From Pseudovirgaria hyperparasitica (Eukaryota): a stretch of DNA of 64,000 nt. Numbering within the stretch: position 1 is the stretch's first letter; every line of letters begins with the position of its first letter. Made by a program: the position numbers and the translations under genes. The stretch lies in the NCBI GenBank assembly GCA_010093815.1, contig ML996572.1, one strand, 5' to 3'. The notes beneath the pieces were generated by a model. The model was given only the letters and a program-made list of their open reading frames with translations. It made no database searches and had not been told where the DNA came from. Shown piece after piece: positions 1 to 13,793 of this stretch.

Positions 1-953
1 TAGGCTTCGCGTGTGCAGGTGAAGCGGAACAAAGTTCTTGTGCACTGCTAACTCTGGAGAACCACGCCAACTTACTCGGTTCACGCATTCTCTACAAGCT
101 ATCTCCAGTCTCCTCATGGATCGGCATCCCTAAGTGGAAAAGCAACGGTGTCGAGACATAGCAGTCTCAACTCGGTCAACGCGAAGACGGCAACGTCGCC
201 CAAGCGTCTTCTTTGGAAGACAAGTCTCTCAAATACTTGCTCAGTACAGGCACTGCATGATGGAAGCGTGGAACGATGTGTATTGGGTGAACGACAGTTG
301 TTGAATATGCTACACGCCTGCCCGCGTCGAACATCAGCACCATAACATTCCTCCCGGTGTACTATCATCCTTATCAACCTCTACGAAGCCATGGATTCAG
401 CTCTCTACATGGTCTTTTCGGGTAATATGGGCTCCCTGCGTACCCACCACACCTACAAACTCGCGAGTTCTACGATGTCTCTCTGTATAGGCACCCACTT
501 ACCATCATACACTGCCCAAAGCTTTGGCAATATGTTCACATCTTGAGCGCAATACAGGCCGATATCTTGGATCAGCCATCGTTGATTGGATACTTCGTAG
601 CTACCGCTGCCTTTGTTTGGACAATGAGCGATCTGGTATAAATGACAACACCGTGCGACTGCAAAGCCGATTCTGTATATTGTGCAATGGACAAGTTTGC
701 GACGCCAACAGGCCTTAATGAATTCCTTTGATTGTCCAATATGTGTGCATTAGTGATTTGTTCAACGAATCAATCACATGATGATCTCTCGTGGGCACAA
801 GAAAGATGTTTCACTGATGTACATTTCAGCTCGTTCATACATTATAATCTACAATGATGTAAAGGAATGTTCGCGCTAAGGATCGACTATGCCATATGAT
901 ACACATTCTATGCAACGCAATGCGCTATGCAAAACTCAAAACCCCGCATCAAA

Positions 954-1385
954 TTACTCCGCATCAATGACAATGGTAGTAGCGCTGGTCTGGTCGCATA
1001 CGTAATCGTTTGGTCCATTACCGCCAGCGTGGCAGTAGGTTGGCACATCACCCTCGCCGTAGTAACCAAATGCCGTGCCGAGCTCGTGGTAGATGCGGAG
1101 TCCAAACTCGGTGGTCTGGCCAGGGTAGAGTGCAAAGCGGTATTTGGTTTCGCCGCATGTGATGACGTCCGAGGGGAAGCCTGGAGTGCTGGCAGAGCAG
1201 TCGATGGCTGAGCCGTCGTTGCCGGAGAGCTTGAAACCGACGGCCTGGATGCCGTTATTCTTGCGCACGTACAAGTCGGCGATGTCAATGTTCTCGTAGC
1301 TGGTTGAGTCTCGGGCGGTGGAGCGAGTGGGTGCAGCTATGGCCAGGGCGGCGAAGAGCGAAGCGGAGGCTGCGAGAAATTGCAT
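954..1385 (-). CDS. Secreted Alt a 1 (AA1)-family protein, allergen/elicitor-like (MoHrip1/PevD1-type)
   Basis: Single-exon 143 aa ORF with signal peptide (MQFLAASASLFAALAIAAP) and 4 Cys. C-terminal YCHAGGNGPNDYVC matches the Alt a 1 signature YCRAGGNGPKDFVC. Confidence 0.88.
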   Translation of the reverse strand: MQFLAASASLFAALAIAAPTRSTARDSTSYENIDIADLYVRKNNGIQAVGFKLSGNDGSAIDCSASTPGFPSDVITCGETKYRFALYPGQTTEFGLRIYHELGTAFGYYGEGDVPTYCHAGGNGPNDYVCDQTSATTIVIDAE

Positions 1386-2623
1386 GATGATGGTTGATGT
1401 TTGAGGTCGTTGGTTTGATGGTTGACGTTGTGAGTGGTTTGATTGTGTAGTAGTTGTTATAGTGTGCTTTGGTTGTTGATGAGATAGCTATGTAGGGGGC
1501 GGGATGCCCGTCATATTTATATTATACTTGAACCCTGTGGGTTCTCCTCCATACCTACATGACGGCTAGATCGACGTCAGATACTTCCAAAAATACCTAC
1601 CTTTTTAGCCTCAGGAAGTCGTCGAGACATCACGATTGTGGAACGTTCGCGGTTGCTGGTAACTCAACAGTACTCCTCTCCGAGAGGACCCTGGTTGTGT
1701 TCAGAATGTCAGAACCCTATCGACATCATAATTTGCCTTCAGTAGCCAAACTTGAAAGGCAATAGTCTATGCGAAACGAGGCTGTGGACTCAAAAGCAGC
1801 CAATCGCATCAGTTCCGCTGGATACGATAGAAGCGAAACTCCCGAAATGGAAAGTTCCAATAGCCGCAACCCTGACTTTTCGGCGGTGGAACCCACCGGG
1901 AGTGGCGGAAAAGAAGCGATGCAACACCACAACCCCATCATCGCCAACGCCTCTGCCGCCAGCTCAATACGGGTGTCACCGTGTGTACCCACGCCGCCTC
2001 GACATCAACTCCACTATGACGCTGGTCACGGACTGCTATGTTACAACGACAGCCAGAATGCGAGGCTTGGGCACTGGGCGACAGACATCACGTCGTTGAG
2101 CTTTGATACAGATGAGGCGCCCCTTTCCTAATCTGAACCGAATGTTTCGGTGAAGCCATGGCCGAAGGTTTCGCGCCTTTGGTGACGGACGACTGCTGAT
2201 GACCATTGACGACTCGATACGAAGCGTATTTAGTGTCAATAGGAACTGCATGGTTCGACGTGTCGCGTCCGCACAGATATCAATGGGGCACCAGCACAGG
2301 TATTAAGCATCGTCCCATGACGAACCCTATCTCAACCTGATTCTATCAACATAAGCTTAGATTAATGAGAGATACCTCAGGGTTCATGGGTGATGTCAAG
2401 GATGTTTGCACTAAGAGCATTAATGTAGTATCTGTCTTCGTCTGGGTGGAGTTTAAGCTACTTTTGCGGAGATTGTCTTGGCGTAGAATAGTAGAGAGCG
2501 GTTCTCTACGCTAGCAGACAACGTACGATCCATCGTCAACGTGCCAGGGAAACCTATGACACCACCTGATGCCAATGCACGTTGGGTATCTTTCATGTTG
2601 ATGCAATCACTGCACGATTCCAG

Positions 2624-3701
2624 CTATGAAGCAGCTGGTACCAGCACCGAAGACCAATCTTCATCCTTGATGAACTGCTCCATGCTAGTAGTTGGGATAC
2701 CCAACTCTTGAGGTGTGCTTATACCTGGATCATTGCCTGTGTACCCAAACTCCCTCACGAATCTGAAGTTATCAGAAAATTCTTGCCTCAAGACGTCGGG
2801 AAATTGCTCCAGGAACACATCCTCTGACATCTTTTCCTCCCTGGCGTCGACGCCGAGTACCTGTCCCCAAAGAGTTGCAAAGTCTGTCATGGTGATCATC
2901 TCGCTGACACCCAACAAGTTTGTCCTAGGTGGTAGATCGACTACCAATGCCTTGACGAAAGTCCCAGTATCCTTCTCCGCGACAACAAAGGGCATTGCCT
3001 GATGCGGCCCTGGAACTAGTGGGTCTCTGAAAACGTAGCTACCGTCCCTTTGCTTGTGCGGAGAGAAGAGCGCGGTAATTCTCCAATTCTCCGCAAAGAA
3101 GCCCATGTTGACCGTGCTCATCAGCTTTGCTAGTCCAGGCCTCTTGTCAAGAACGTACTCTTCAACCGCGGCTTTCGAATCGAAGTGATACACGGATCTG
3201 TACTTTCCTCCGCTTCTTTTACTAACATTGGCCAAGGTCGTAAACACGAATCTCTCTAACGTAGCGAGTACCTCCGGACTTGAGGCAGCTTCCGCAGCGT
3301 TGATCCCCTGTCGAGACTCCTGATCGTGCACATAGGACGGGAGAAATTGGCCAGCCGTTTGGGCAGCCTGTATCGTATCTGGTTGGCTAAAGATTGACCA
3401 GAAGTCAGTCATTAAGAATATTGCGTGTGCTCCCATGAAGGCAGCTCTGAGGGAGGCAACGTCATCCAGATCCCCTTGAACGATCTCGACACCTTTAGAG
3501 GCTTGAGTCTTAGCTGCATCTGAGTTCACGTTGCGAGTAACCCCGCGCACCTTCCAGCCGTTGATATTAAGGAACGTGGATGCGACAGAAGAGCCCTGTA
3601 CTTTTCAGCGAAGAAAAATATTAGACTGGTTTTCGATTTCTACATACTTGACGACCGGTAACGCCAAGCACTACAATCAGCTTATAAGGACTCTGGGACA
3701 T
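2624..3701 (-). CDS. NmrA-like NAD(P)-binding protein (atypical SDR)
   Basis: Exon 1 is MSQSPYKLIVVLGVTGRQ (ATG at 3701), followed by a GTATGT..TACAG intron and GSSVASTFLNINGWKVRGVTRN. This gives the GxTGxQG motif. GVEIVQGDLDD and YHFDSKAAVE motifs are also present. Confidence 0.9.
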
Positions 3702-4566
3702 CTTATGAGATGCTGTTGTTCGAGAAAGCTTCAACAAACGTTTGGGTAGAGATATAAGCCACTCGCTATATCGACTGTTCTTGCGCTAAGTACACGGTCG
3801 CAATCTCAATGATATGTGGTTTCGATTTAGATCTAATCCAGGCGTAGGTGGATGTGCTGATCGTACACAAGGCGCCGGGCCAAGTCGCAAGTCGTGGCGT
3901 GCATTAATCTGACATGGACGGCACACGGGCGAGTTTGCAATTGGTCAAATAAGGTCTATCAGCCCCATGATCCGAATCCTCTGGACGTCATATACGATGG
4001 ATTGCAGTGTCGTAGGTCATTGAGCATGGTTATTGGCGCGGACAATTGGCTGCTCTAAGTGATCGTTGTGGTGAACCCGATGTCTGCTTATCGGGATGAA
4101 TGGTTTGGAGTCAACAGATACTCTGTCCAGAGCTAGTCAGCCGTGGAGCGCATCTTGGTCTTTCCGGGCTTGCGCCCAGGCAGGTTATTTATGTAATTCC
4201 TGTGCCCCGCAAGCCAGAACATGTGGGCCTAAGCAACTCGTCCGTATTGCCGCGGTGATGCAATGTTGATGAGCTATGCGCAAGATGCGGACGAACTGTG
4301 AATCCAATAATTAGAGGAATGCATTTACATAGAGAAGAGACAGAGGTCAAAGTTAATTAATGAGTTAGACAAGAGTCTGGGGAAAAGCACGCGTCGCGCG
4401 ATGACGTAAGAAGCTAGGACGTCTTGGCGTCCGGCGCAAACAAACACCACAACAACATCACCATCGCGCAGCTTAGTACTACGCTCCAGCATTCAGCACA
4501 ACCGTCATTCCAGTCCATTTTCTCGTCACTCCTTGGTCGCACAGTCGACTCTAACCGTTCTATAAG

Positions 4567-5677
4567 ATGGCTCCTCGAAGACAGATCGCAGTTTCTAGCG
4601 ACACAGACGATGTGCTCGTCGAGAGCAGCAGGGCTCCCCCTCCGTTACCAGCCTCAAAGCTTCCACCATTCATCCGATTTCCTTTGCTATGCATCATCAG
4701 CTTATCACTGAGCGCTCTTATGCTCACATTCATGGCTGATTTGACTGGTTACGAACTTGCAAGGACCAGTAAAGTGATAGACAAAGACTACGAGACAGTC
4801 TGGGTCGTTGTTACCGGCGCCTGGAGGATTGTAGAATTGGCTGTGGGCTGGTATGGCGGCTATGATGGTACGTCTTATCCATGATTTTAGTTCACAGACT
4901 GCGTCTTGCAGCAGTGATGTGTTCAGAACATAAAACTTACCAGACGTCGTCACAGATCTCGACATAGCCGCGCTCACCATTGTCACACACTACCCATATC
5001 TGTATCTCTTAAACACTTTCTACCTTCTTAGTTCGACTACGGCCACCGCTGCACTTGCAATCGATGTCCTCTCTATCTCCTTGCCTATCCGTCTATTACG
5101 ACCACGTTCACCTACCCACTCGCCAAAGGCTACAGCGGCCGAGGTACCTGACAGGAATATCATCAACGATAGATCTATCATCTTTATAACAAGCTTCCTT
5201 GGATCCGGTATATATACCGTTATCATCTTGCTTGCGCTTCGTGTTGGACTCAACTCATTCCTGATCAACAATTTTGGTGACATTCCGAGCCTCGCGGCGC
5301 GCGATCTTACCAATGCTGCCAACCTGGTATTTATCTTCCTTCCAGTAGGCTGGGCCGTTCGTGAATTTATTCTCGATCCATCTCTGGGGTCTGAAGCTCA
5401 GCCCACTCTGAAAGACGTAGTAGACTCTGCTTTCAACCCTGCAACCGCATCTCTTACCGAGACAATGGAACACAATGTTGGGAGCTTGAGCAAGCGAACT
5501 AAAGTCGTGTTCCGTAGAACGGCTCTACTCTCGACATTGGCCCTCGCGAACACCACAATCCAGGTGTTCACACGTGTGAAGGGCGCAGAGCTAGTGGGCG
5601 CAGTAGGATGGGCTGCGCTCTTTGCAATGCCTGCGTGGGTCGTCGGCGGCGCGTATCTAATTGTGGGAGATGCCTAA
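4567..5677 (+). CDS. Conserved fungal multi-pass membrane protein, unknown function
   Basis: Two exons joined by intron 4868-4955 (GTACGT..CACAG), reading GYD|DLDIAALT in frame with ORF 5081-5677. Several hydrophobic helices. Confidence 0.8.
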
Positions 5678-8600
5678 GTAGAGTCAATGTGCATACATCA
5701 ATGTTTAAGGCTCCTACTACGGGCAGTGAAGATATCCAAATGGTATATGACAGGTTTCATTTCAAGTCGAATATCTTCGCATCACAATGTCTAATACCAT
5801 CTCTTTTCGCATTGCTTTCTTCTTCACCAATGGCGGAGGTGATATCATGTAAGATCCGAACCTAATAAATCGTGTATCAGTCTATTGACAACTCTATATG
5901 CAAGCAGACTGTAGTAGCACTATGCACTTCTGGCTCCAACCGCACTTTCAAACGCAGTCTCTGGATGCCTTGAAACCTCCAAAATCTCGATTACCTATAC
6001 TAAGGAACCCACCAAATTGTAGACCAGTACTGAGATTCAAGCTTTCAATGGGTTCGCGAATCTCGAAAACCTCAGATCGGGCCAACTTTTTTCAAGGGTT
6101 TAGCGTGGTAAATCCACTATCTGATGTCCCAGCTCCGACATCCCGAGTAGAAAAAGTCGTGAATAGTAGATCAAGTCACACGACTCTACGAGACTCTCTT
6201 AGCACATGGCTCGTAGGATCCCCATCTAGGACTCAATCATTCAATATTCTAGAGGGCTGAAACGATTTTCTGGTCTATTGGCTACTACTGGATCAACGTT
6301 TGGACTAAAGTTGAATTCACATATTCCTAAAGAGGAGGCAAAATGTGAGGTTGATATTGTGTTAGGACCTGCCTGTATTCAAGCTTGGGAGTAGTGTCAA
6401 AGCATTTTTCGAAAAAGAGAAACATTATTATTTTATACGCGTACGACACACAAATGACTCACGACCCCGGTGAAAGCATATTGGTGCTGCCGGGTACTCA
6501 GGCTTTCTCAGGGGTGGCACACATCCGATAGTATATCCGAGGGGGTTTTCGTTACCCCTGGTATACAGAGTTCTGGTCTCGTCAAGAGTGTTTTTTGAAT
6601 TTTGGTTGCCACTTCTGCGGAACTGGTACCCTGAATTCTGCAGGCAGATGAGCGTTGGCTCAAGGTTGGTACCTAATGTCTCTGGGAAGTGGACTTTCCA
6701 CTGCTTCTTGTTCAATAGCCAAAACTGCGGGTTATTCCAGCGAAATGGGTGCTCCTGGTCCTCTGGACCAATAATCTTGGTATTCTCGCTGTCAACATGA
6801 GTATGAGCCGAGACTGCCATTCCGTTCCCGCCTACACTACCTATAAGTTATTCGTCATAGAATTTTGGAGCACACCCACGAAGGAGGAAGTTTGCTGTTA
6901 TATGGTTCGATGATGGAATCAACTTGCCAGGAACACAGCTTCGAGTTTATCATGCGGTGTCATACGAATGCTGACACTTTCTGCCCCAAATCTGCTGGCA
7001 ATCTCCCCAACAATCTTCTCGGTGAACTGCTCTATGACTTTGTCGATATTCTCGGAGCCAGGAATAATAGGAGGTTCGCACCTCCACTGTGATACTAATT
7101 GGCCCACTGGTATCTTGCGACTCACGGAGGTATGACTGACCTTTCATTTCGTGGATGGATAATGTTTTTGGTACAGTAGGAGTAGGCGCTAGCGATATCA
7201 GTGTGCTCTGTAAGCGAATGAAGGCAGCAACATGGGCGTCTTTTTGTACAAAATCTGTTAACCATTTGCTAATGTTACCTCACCACGCTCTATCACAGCC
7301 CAAGCCCCGGATTCATCACACGAAAGATATGCAATACAGACAAGCCAGTGTTGTGCTACTTTCCTGACGGTCACCGTCATATCATTCGCATAACAAGCCC
7401 GACGAATGAAAGCCAAGTCAACAAGGGAGCGGAGGCAAGAGATGCAATCGGAACTGTCAAAAAGACTCAAAGCCGCATATTTCCTATGCGAGGAGCGTCA
7501 AGGAAATGAGGTGCAAGAGCTAGATCCTATGATGCTGAGATGTGGAGAAAGTTTACTCTAGCCGATACTGACGGACTACACACAATTTTGGAGCCATTGC
7601 TTCGCACCGATGCAGATAGGAGAGTTAGCATCAAGGAAATTCTCAAATATCCATAGCTCGGTAGATCTAAGATTCAGCACACTCCGTCTACATCGACAGG
7701 GGGAAGGGACCATTCAGGCTCGGAACGTACCGTCGTCGCAGACAACATAGAGAAATAGTTTGAAGCAGTAGTCTGTACTACCAGAGATACTGAGGCGCGA
7801 CCTTTGAGCGAGGCAAATCGGTATTCTAACACAGAGCACACAATCGGGGAAGAATTTGAGGCATTCCACCTAGAGTCTCATTCCTTGAGACTCACATCAC
7901 TGCATGGCGAAGCATCTGCAAGGCTCTAGGACAGGTCTCCAACTGCCCGTGCCATAGACAGGACTGCTGAGATAATGCAAGGGTCTCTTTACCATATTCC
8001 TAGTCCATGAAGTCGATCGATGTCTCGATCCTACGCGAGCGGCACTAATGTCGGGTAAGTCGACGTCGTCTGTCCTCATCGGCTCGCTGCTGAGGACGAT
8101 TCTGAGTGAGCATGGAAGATCAGAGATTGAATGAGGAACAGAAGGTCACATGACTACAAACAACGCCACGCAAGACATAGAAGAAGAGTCTCCATTGAGC
8201 GGGCAATAATGAAAGATACTATGATATGGCCAGCCCAAATGCTAGATAGCTCGTATGCAAGCTAAAAGCTTATCAGTGTTGGACATGGATTGAGAACTCT
8301 GGAAGAGGCTCAGGAATCGAGTAGACCATGCATCATATTCATTTATACACAACGCACTGGTCACTGTGCCGTTATTCAATTGAAGCGAGCATAGCTCACC
8401 TGACACGACAATAACTCTCTTTACTAATGATTACGTTTGTCCAAGTCGATTTTACTTTGACGCTATGTCCTTTGTAATATTTGTCACCATCCGTTGATGA
8501 AAAACTATATTCGCGCCAGATGCATCCCATAATCGCTTCTCCTATCATAACCTTCCAGCAAATATGATATAATAAAGAATCAACCCAATAAGAGCTTTGG

Positions 8601-8708
8601 CTTGTGCTCTAGAATACGATAACCCTAAAACAAACCTAAAGGCACACCTGAATGCTCAAAAACGATGGAATCTAAAAGATTCGATCCCCTCAATCTCCAA
8701 AGCAAAAC

Positions 8709-8825
8709 TGCATCCCCGGGAATTGAACCCAGGGGCCCGTCGAGGGGCTGCAGAAACCGTTCCGCCCAATCGAGCGAGGTTTTTTTCTTTCGAGTGCGCG
8801 TTGGTGACCACTAGGCCATCAGTGC
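8709..8825 (-). pseudogene. Degenerate tRNA-like (Gly-like ends) Pol III element
   Basis: Minus strand reads GCACTGA-TGGCCTAGTGG (A box) ... CTGGGTTCAATTCCCGG (B box/T arm) GGATGCA, then GTTTT. The acceptor stem is imperfect and no anticodon arm can be assigned. Confidence 0.55.
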
Positions 8826-9589
8826 CGCTGACTGAAAGTGTGCTTATTCTTGTAGATTATATTCGCGCCAATCCTGAGATTTAGCGAATAGGCAACAGTC
8901 TCACTGTCCAGACAGCCACCACAGCTTCGCAGCCACACTGACCCCTAGTGAACTATGACGTGCGTGAAACTGAAGCTGTGTCAAATGACTATGATGAAGT
9001 GCGCAATCACGGCGTTAAGTGTTTGCCCGTCACCCTTGAGCGCAACACGCGCAGATCTACAGCCCTTGGTACTCAACAATGTTACATTGCATATGTAGCT
9101 CTATACATAGGACTTATTGCGGTCGTTGGAGACGGTGAGCGACTTGACGATATACACTATACATATATTCGATACCTAACATCCTGACGTGTGGTGATCA
9201 CGACACGGTCAGTGATGTGTAAGAAGCGTGTCTGGTGACTTTAGATGAATGTGCGTTCTGCTCAAACACTACACCGAAGAAAATACACAGTGGTCACTCT
9301 CGGCACATAGTTTCCATCTAATCTTCTTTTGGGACGACAAAAAAAGCTTTGATCGTGTATGTTTGAATACGGAAAAGACAAGCAGAGAGTTAAGAAAGAC
9401 TATAAGATACGGATTGACTCATACTTGGCTATCTTCAGCAGTAATGACGGTGATGACACGTTGTAAACACTGAAACCAATCTATCAGGAAGCACAAGGTA
9501 TGCTTCTCCATCTTCGACCGACTCGAGTATGAACCGCCTTGTCAGCCCGTAACCATCCTGCCCCCTTTACCAATTCCTGCTCCAAAATC

Positions 9590-10467
9590 TTACTTTCTAG
9601 CGACTGTATCAATAAAGCTAGCGACATCGCCTGCGTGGCTGATAGCACTCGCATGTCCACCCTTGACCTCGCCAGTCACCCATGCAAATTTAGATTCAGC
9701 CTGCACATTATCAAAGAAAGCATGTTGTGCGGCTGGCGGAATCGCGTTATCAACAGTGGCAAAGAGATAAGCACAGGGAACATCTTTCCACGGCGCATAC
9801 TGGGCATTGGAGGTGAATGTGCCCGCCGCTGCGGACCGAATGTCAGGCAGCCAGTGTGCGGCATCAGCGTCAGACAAGTCGTTGAAAAAGACGTCTCGTG
9901 GGTTTTGTACGTCGAAATAGGCATCGTTTCCGGGCTTGTTGGGTCAGATCGACGAAGACAATGTTGGCAAGGTAGATGACTTACGTGTGGAACAATAAAG
10001 TCTGGTGACGGTCCGTCACCAAAGGATCCCAGAACATTGTTCCCAGGTTCAACGATGAAGGCAGTATGGTACACAGCTGCAACAACGCCTCCCTTGGACG
10101 AGCCCGCTTTCTTGACGAATCCTTCGATGGAGTCACTTCCTACTAGTCCCCCATAAGAATGCATCACAACCACGATATCTCTTCCTGCATCGACTAATTT
10201 CTTGAGTTCCTTTTGTACAAGCGCTACATCATCACGGTGCGTGGCTGTTGGTGGCTCTATGATGTGATTGCTGATGAACTCAGGTGTGACAATGTCGCGG
10301 TAACCAGAGGAGCGTAGTGCGGAAGTAGTGACGTTCCAGAATGCCCTCGTAACCCAGGCACCATGAACAAGAACGATCGCTGGCTTTTTGGGATAACTTT
10401 CCAGCGCTGGAAGACCGAGAGCCAGCGGAAGTAGGAGAAAGTGTGTGAGAGTAGTGAACAGATGCAT
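9590..10467 (-). CDS. Secreted alpha/beta hydrolase (Abhydrolase_6, methylesterase-like)
   Basis: Signal peptide, LVHGAW oxyanion motif, nucleophile elbow HSYGG and C-terminal GGH. Intron 9935-9984 (GTAAGT..CTGAC..AAG) joins the two ORFs in frame. Confidence 0.9.
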
Positions 10468-11556
10468 GGTGAACGTTCTTCAGAAGTTCAAGCTGAGACT
10501 CTTGAGGATGAATATGCGATGACGAGAGTAGATTCGGTGCAAGGTAGCCTGGCAAAATCTTTTGACAAGTCGAGTGATCCGGTGAACGAGGTTCACTATC
10601 GTGAAATATATAGTCGTTTCGATCATGAGTTCACGGTATGCCTATGCCGTTTTCACACCATCACTTGTCATGAATCTCGAATTAAGCCTCTCCCTGGTCG
10701 TCATCAATACGCTCGATAGCTGCTTAGAACCCTGCGATTCCATCATCTTGTCTAGAATGAGCACTGGCCTGTGTAGGAAGAGCAACAGCGGTAAGAGGTC
10801 AGAACGCCATGTGAGATGTTGAACGCAGTCTCGATTGATGCAAGATTTGAGATGATTCCGCGAGCAAGGCAGTCGTCTCATTGCGCCTTGACATAATACG
10901 CACAGGATGCTGGAATACGCTGGCGCGCTAGAATAGTTCTATGCCAAGGTACAAGGTACACGCTTACAGATTTGTCACCTGCATGCGGAGAATTTGGGAA
11001 GGGGCGCGATCAGCCTTACTGAGGCTCACTCAGCCTCAACTTAAGGCTCCAAGTCAGGCTAGGCTGTTGACATCATCAAGGCCCCCAGACGCGCTCGTGT
11101 AAACGACATTTGCGATGGACCAGTTGCTTCTTTATCTTAGTCTGTCACACGTCAAGGCCAACTGTGATTGATGGGAAAGTATGTACCGGGTAGCAGATAC
11201 GACCATCCAATACCACAAACTATGAAGCAGGTGCGTATTAGTAGTAGTGGGATTCATTAACCATCCACTCATCATTGCCTCAGGGTTAGTTTGATCTATC
11301 GCCGAAAGCACAATTCCGTGGGAAAGAACGAATAAGAGATGAATTGAAGTCCAGACAACGAGACTCATGCCTATCGGTTTGTAATGCCATGTACCTGCTA
11401 TCTTACTCCTGTACGCGCTCTGTTGAAGTCGCAGACAGAGTTCCAAGTTAGTTAAATGTCAGCCCAAAACTTTACATGCCCGCATTATGTTGAGATCACG
11501 TCTTCGCGATACCGCTATAAGCTTGAGTGCGTACTCTTAGCTTCGTTATTCCTTGC

Positions 11557-13793
11557 TTACCCCTTCTTCCCCTGATTCTGCACCTCACCCCAGTAACTCC
11601 CACTCTCATTTCCAATCAATGATTTCCCATCCACCCACTCCTCTGGTACTTCGTCCTTTTTCTCCCACCCACTGAAACCCTCCTCATACAAATACTCTAC
11701 TGCCGCCTTGCCCCGCAGCGCAATCTGCGCCGACAACCGCCACGGCACATCCAACTTATCAAGCACAATTTCGCACAGCGCAAGCACACTCGGCTCCATG
11801 AAAACCTTAGATGTGATTACTTTCTCTAATTCAGCCGGATCCTTGGCCAATGCATAGTGTTCGTCGGGGCTCGGATGTTGGAATAGCGGCAGGATATGCT
11901 TGAACGCAAGGTTGTTGACGTCGTTGTACGGTTGGCGCGCGCCGTGTATGACACGTTCGATGGTGTAGCCTGAATTGTTTATCATGAAGACCACGGGTTT
12001 GACCCTGTCTCGATATGTAATCATGGTCCCCATCTCCTGCATTGTCAGTCCGAAACTGCCGTCACCTGTAACAAGGATCGTCCGGCCTCGGGGTTCGCCT
12101 TGCTCCGCAGCGAGTTCGTGCAGAGCGAGCTCTGCACCGAGTGCGGCGGGAGTGGCCCAGCCGATGCTACCATAGTATGTTTGAGTGAGCCAGCGGATTT
12201 GGGCCGGGAAAGCACAGTCTGAGAGACCGAAGGTTGGTGTGCCGGTTTCAGCGATAACGACGTCGTTTGGGCGGAGGAATTTGGTGAGTTGGTGCCATAC
12301 GTGAGATTGGACGAGTCTGTCAGTGGGAGAGTTCTGGGGTGTGACAATACCAGGTAAGAGTGGTATGTCGGGTTGTGTTGCGCATTTCGGCTCAGAGGCT
12401 ACTAGGGCGGCGGTCAAGGGCTTTATGAACGTCTTAGGATATGTTTTCCCTTTGATCTTGGCAATATCAGTATGGAATTGCGTCAGTATCTCACACCCGT
12501 GGTAACTTACTATAACATCGAAAGGGCGTACATCAATGCTCTTCTGTGGATCAATTTTCCTCGTAAAACCACCCGTATTAGTATCCGCAGGTATGCTCCC
12601 AAACACAAGGACAAGATCATGGGTATGGAAAGCATCGGTCACGCCTGGTGCGCTTATCATGCCGTTGTACAGTCCAACATGATATTCAGCTGTCTCATCA
12701 ATGATTGCCTTGCTCATGTTGGCACAGTAGACAGGAATATTGAGCTTCTCCGCCAGCTGTCTTGTCTCCTTCCCAGCACCATGTCTCTGGACTAAGCCAT
12801 CTATGAATAAACATGGGCTCTGGGCTTTTGATAATTCCTCTATAATGGCTGATACTGCAGTATCTTGAGCTGATATGTCGACTGGAAGAGATATGTCAAT
12901 CGGAGCGTCTAAGAGATTGGCGGGTATTTGCTCCCAACACATATCCAAGGGCATGAATATGTACACGGGACGTGACTGGATGAAACATTCTCTGATGACA
13001 CGCTACAAGGTTCAGTCAATACGTTATTGTAATGCGAAATCGGCTTACATCGATTTCCCCAGGGGCTGTCTTTGGGTCCATCAGTATCGCAGAGGCCACG
13101 CGGGCGCCTTCTGACATCTTGCTGTACACCTGATGGTCTGGATCGTTATCAATTGAGTGATGTATAAGCATTCTCTGCTTCTGCATCGCTCTTGTGGTCT
13201 GTCCTACGACATGTATAGTCTTGATTTGCTCGGAATAAGATCCAGCTACACCATTGATGGCGCTCATCTCACCTACCACGCATTAATACCTCTAGGAGAA
13301 AATTGAGGGGCATCTCATATACCGACTCCATGAGTAGTAACGACTAGATTTGGGAAGTATTGTCAGCAGCAGTAAAGAGAACCCTTATAGGCTTTCATTG
13401 CACTCACAAACCCCAGGGGTACCTTTAACACGGGCGTACCCATCTGCTGCATATGCGGCGTTCAACTCATTGGCGCTACTGACTACTAAGATTAGCATCG
13501 TTTCCTTATCGTCATTCAAGTAGCCATACCCCAATTGAGGCCTTCAACTTGAAAGATATAGTCTAATATCTCGAGGTTAAAGTCACCAGGGACACCCTGT
13601 CTGATATGAGCCATGACTTAGAAGCTGAGCTAGATAGATTGTGGCTCTATACCATGATAGTGCTCACTCCGATCTCTTTTATCCTGTTCCCTCGCGTGAA
13701 TTAGCGCAAAAAGTGAATGTTATAGCATAATGAATATCGTTAAGCTAGAACACACCTTTTCCATAAATATAAGCCCAGCGGTATTGACGCCAT
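11557..13793 (-). CDS. ThDP-dependent 2-oxoacid decarboxylase (pyruvate/indolepyruvate/phenylpyruvate decarboxylase family)
   Basis: About 8 exons reconstruct MASIPLGLYLWKRIKEIGV..GVPGDFNL..NELNAAYAADGYAR..TTHGVGEMSAING..IHH, followed by YYGSIGW and the ThDP motif GDGS...NNSGYTIER. Confidence 0.92.

Noticed and set aside
1..720. Protein-like reading stretches with scattered stops
   Set aside because: No recognisable motif or consistent splice model. It may be a decayed gene but this cannot be supported.
778..818. ATGATGA...CTGA box C/D-like pair
   Set aside because: Only about 40 nt apart, too short for a C/D snoRNA, and no guide is recognisable.
5898..7470. Cluster of short ORFs (e.g. 6428-6820 and 6919-7125, minus) with possible splice sites
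   Set aside because: I could not build an unambiguous frame-consistent model or recognise a domain.
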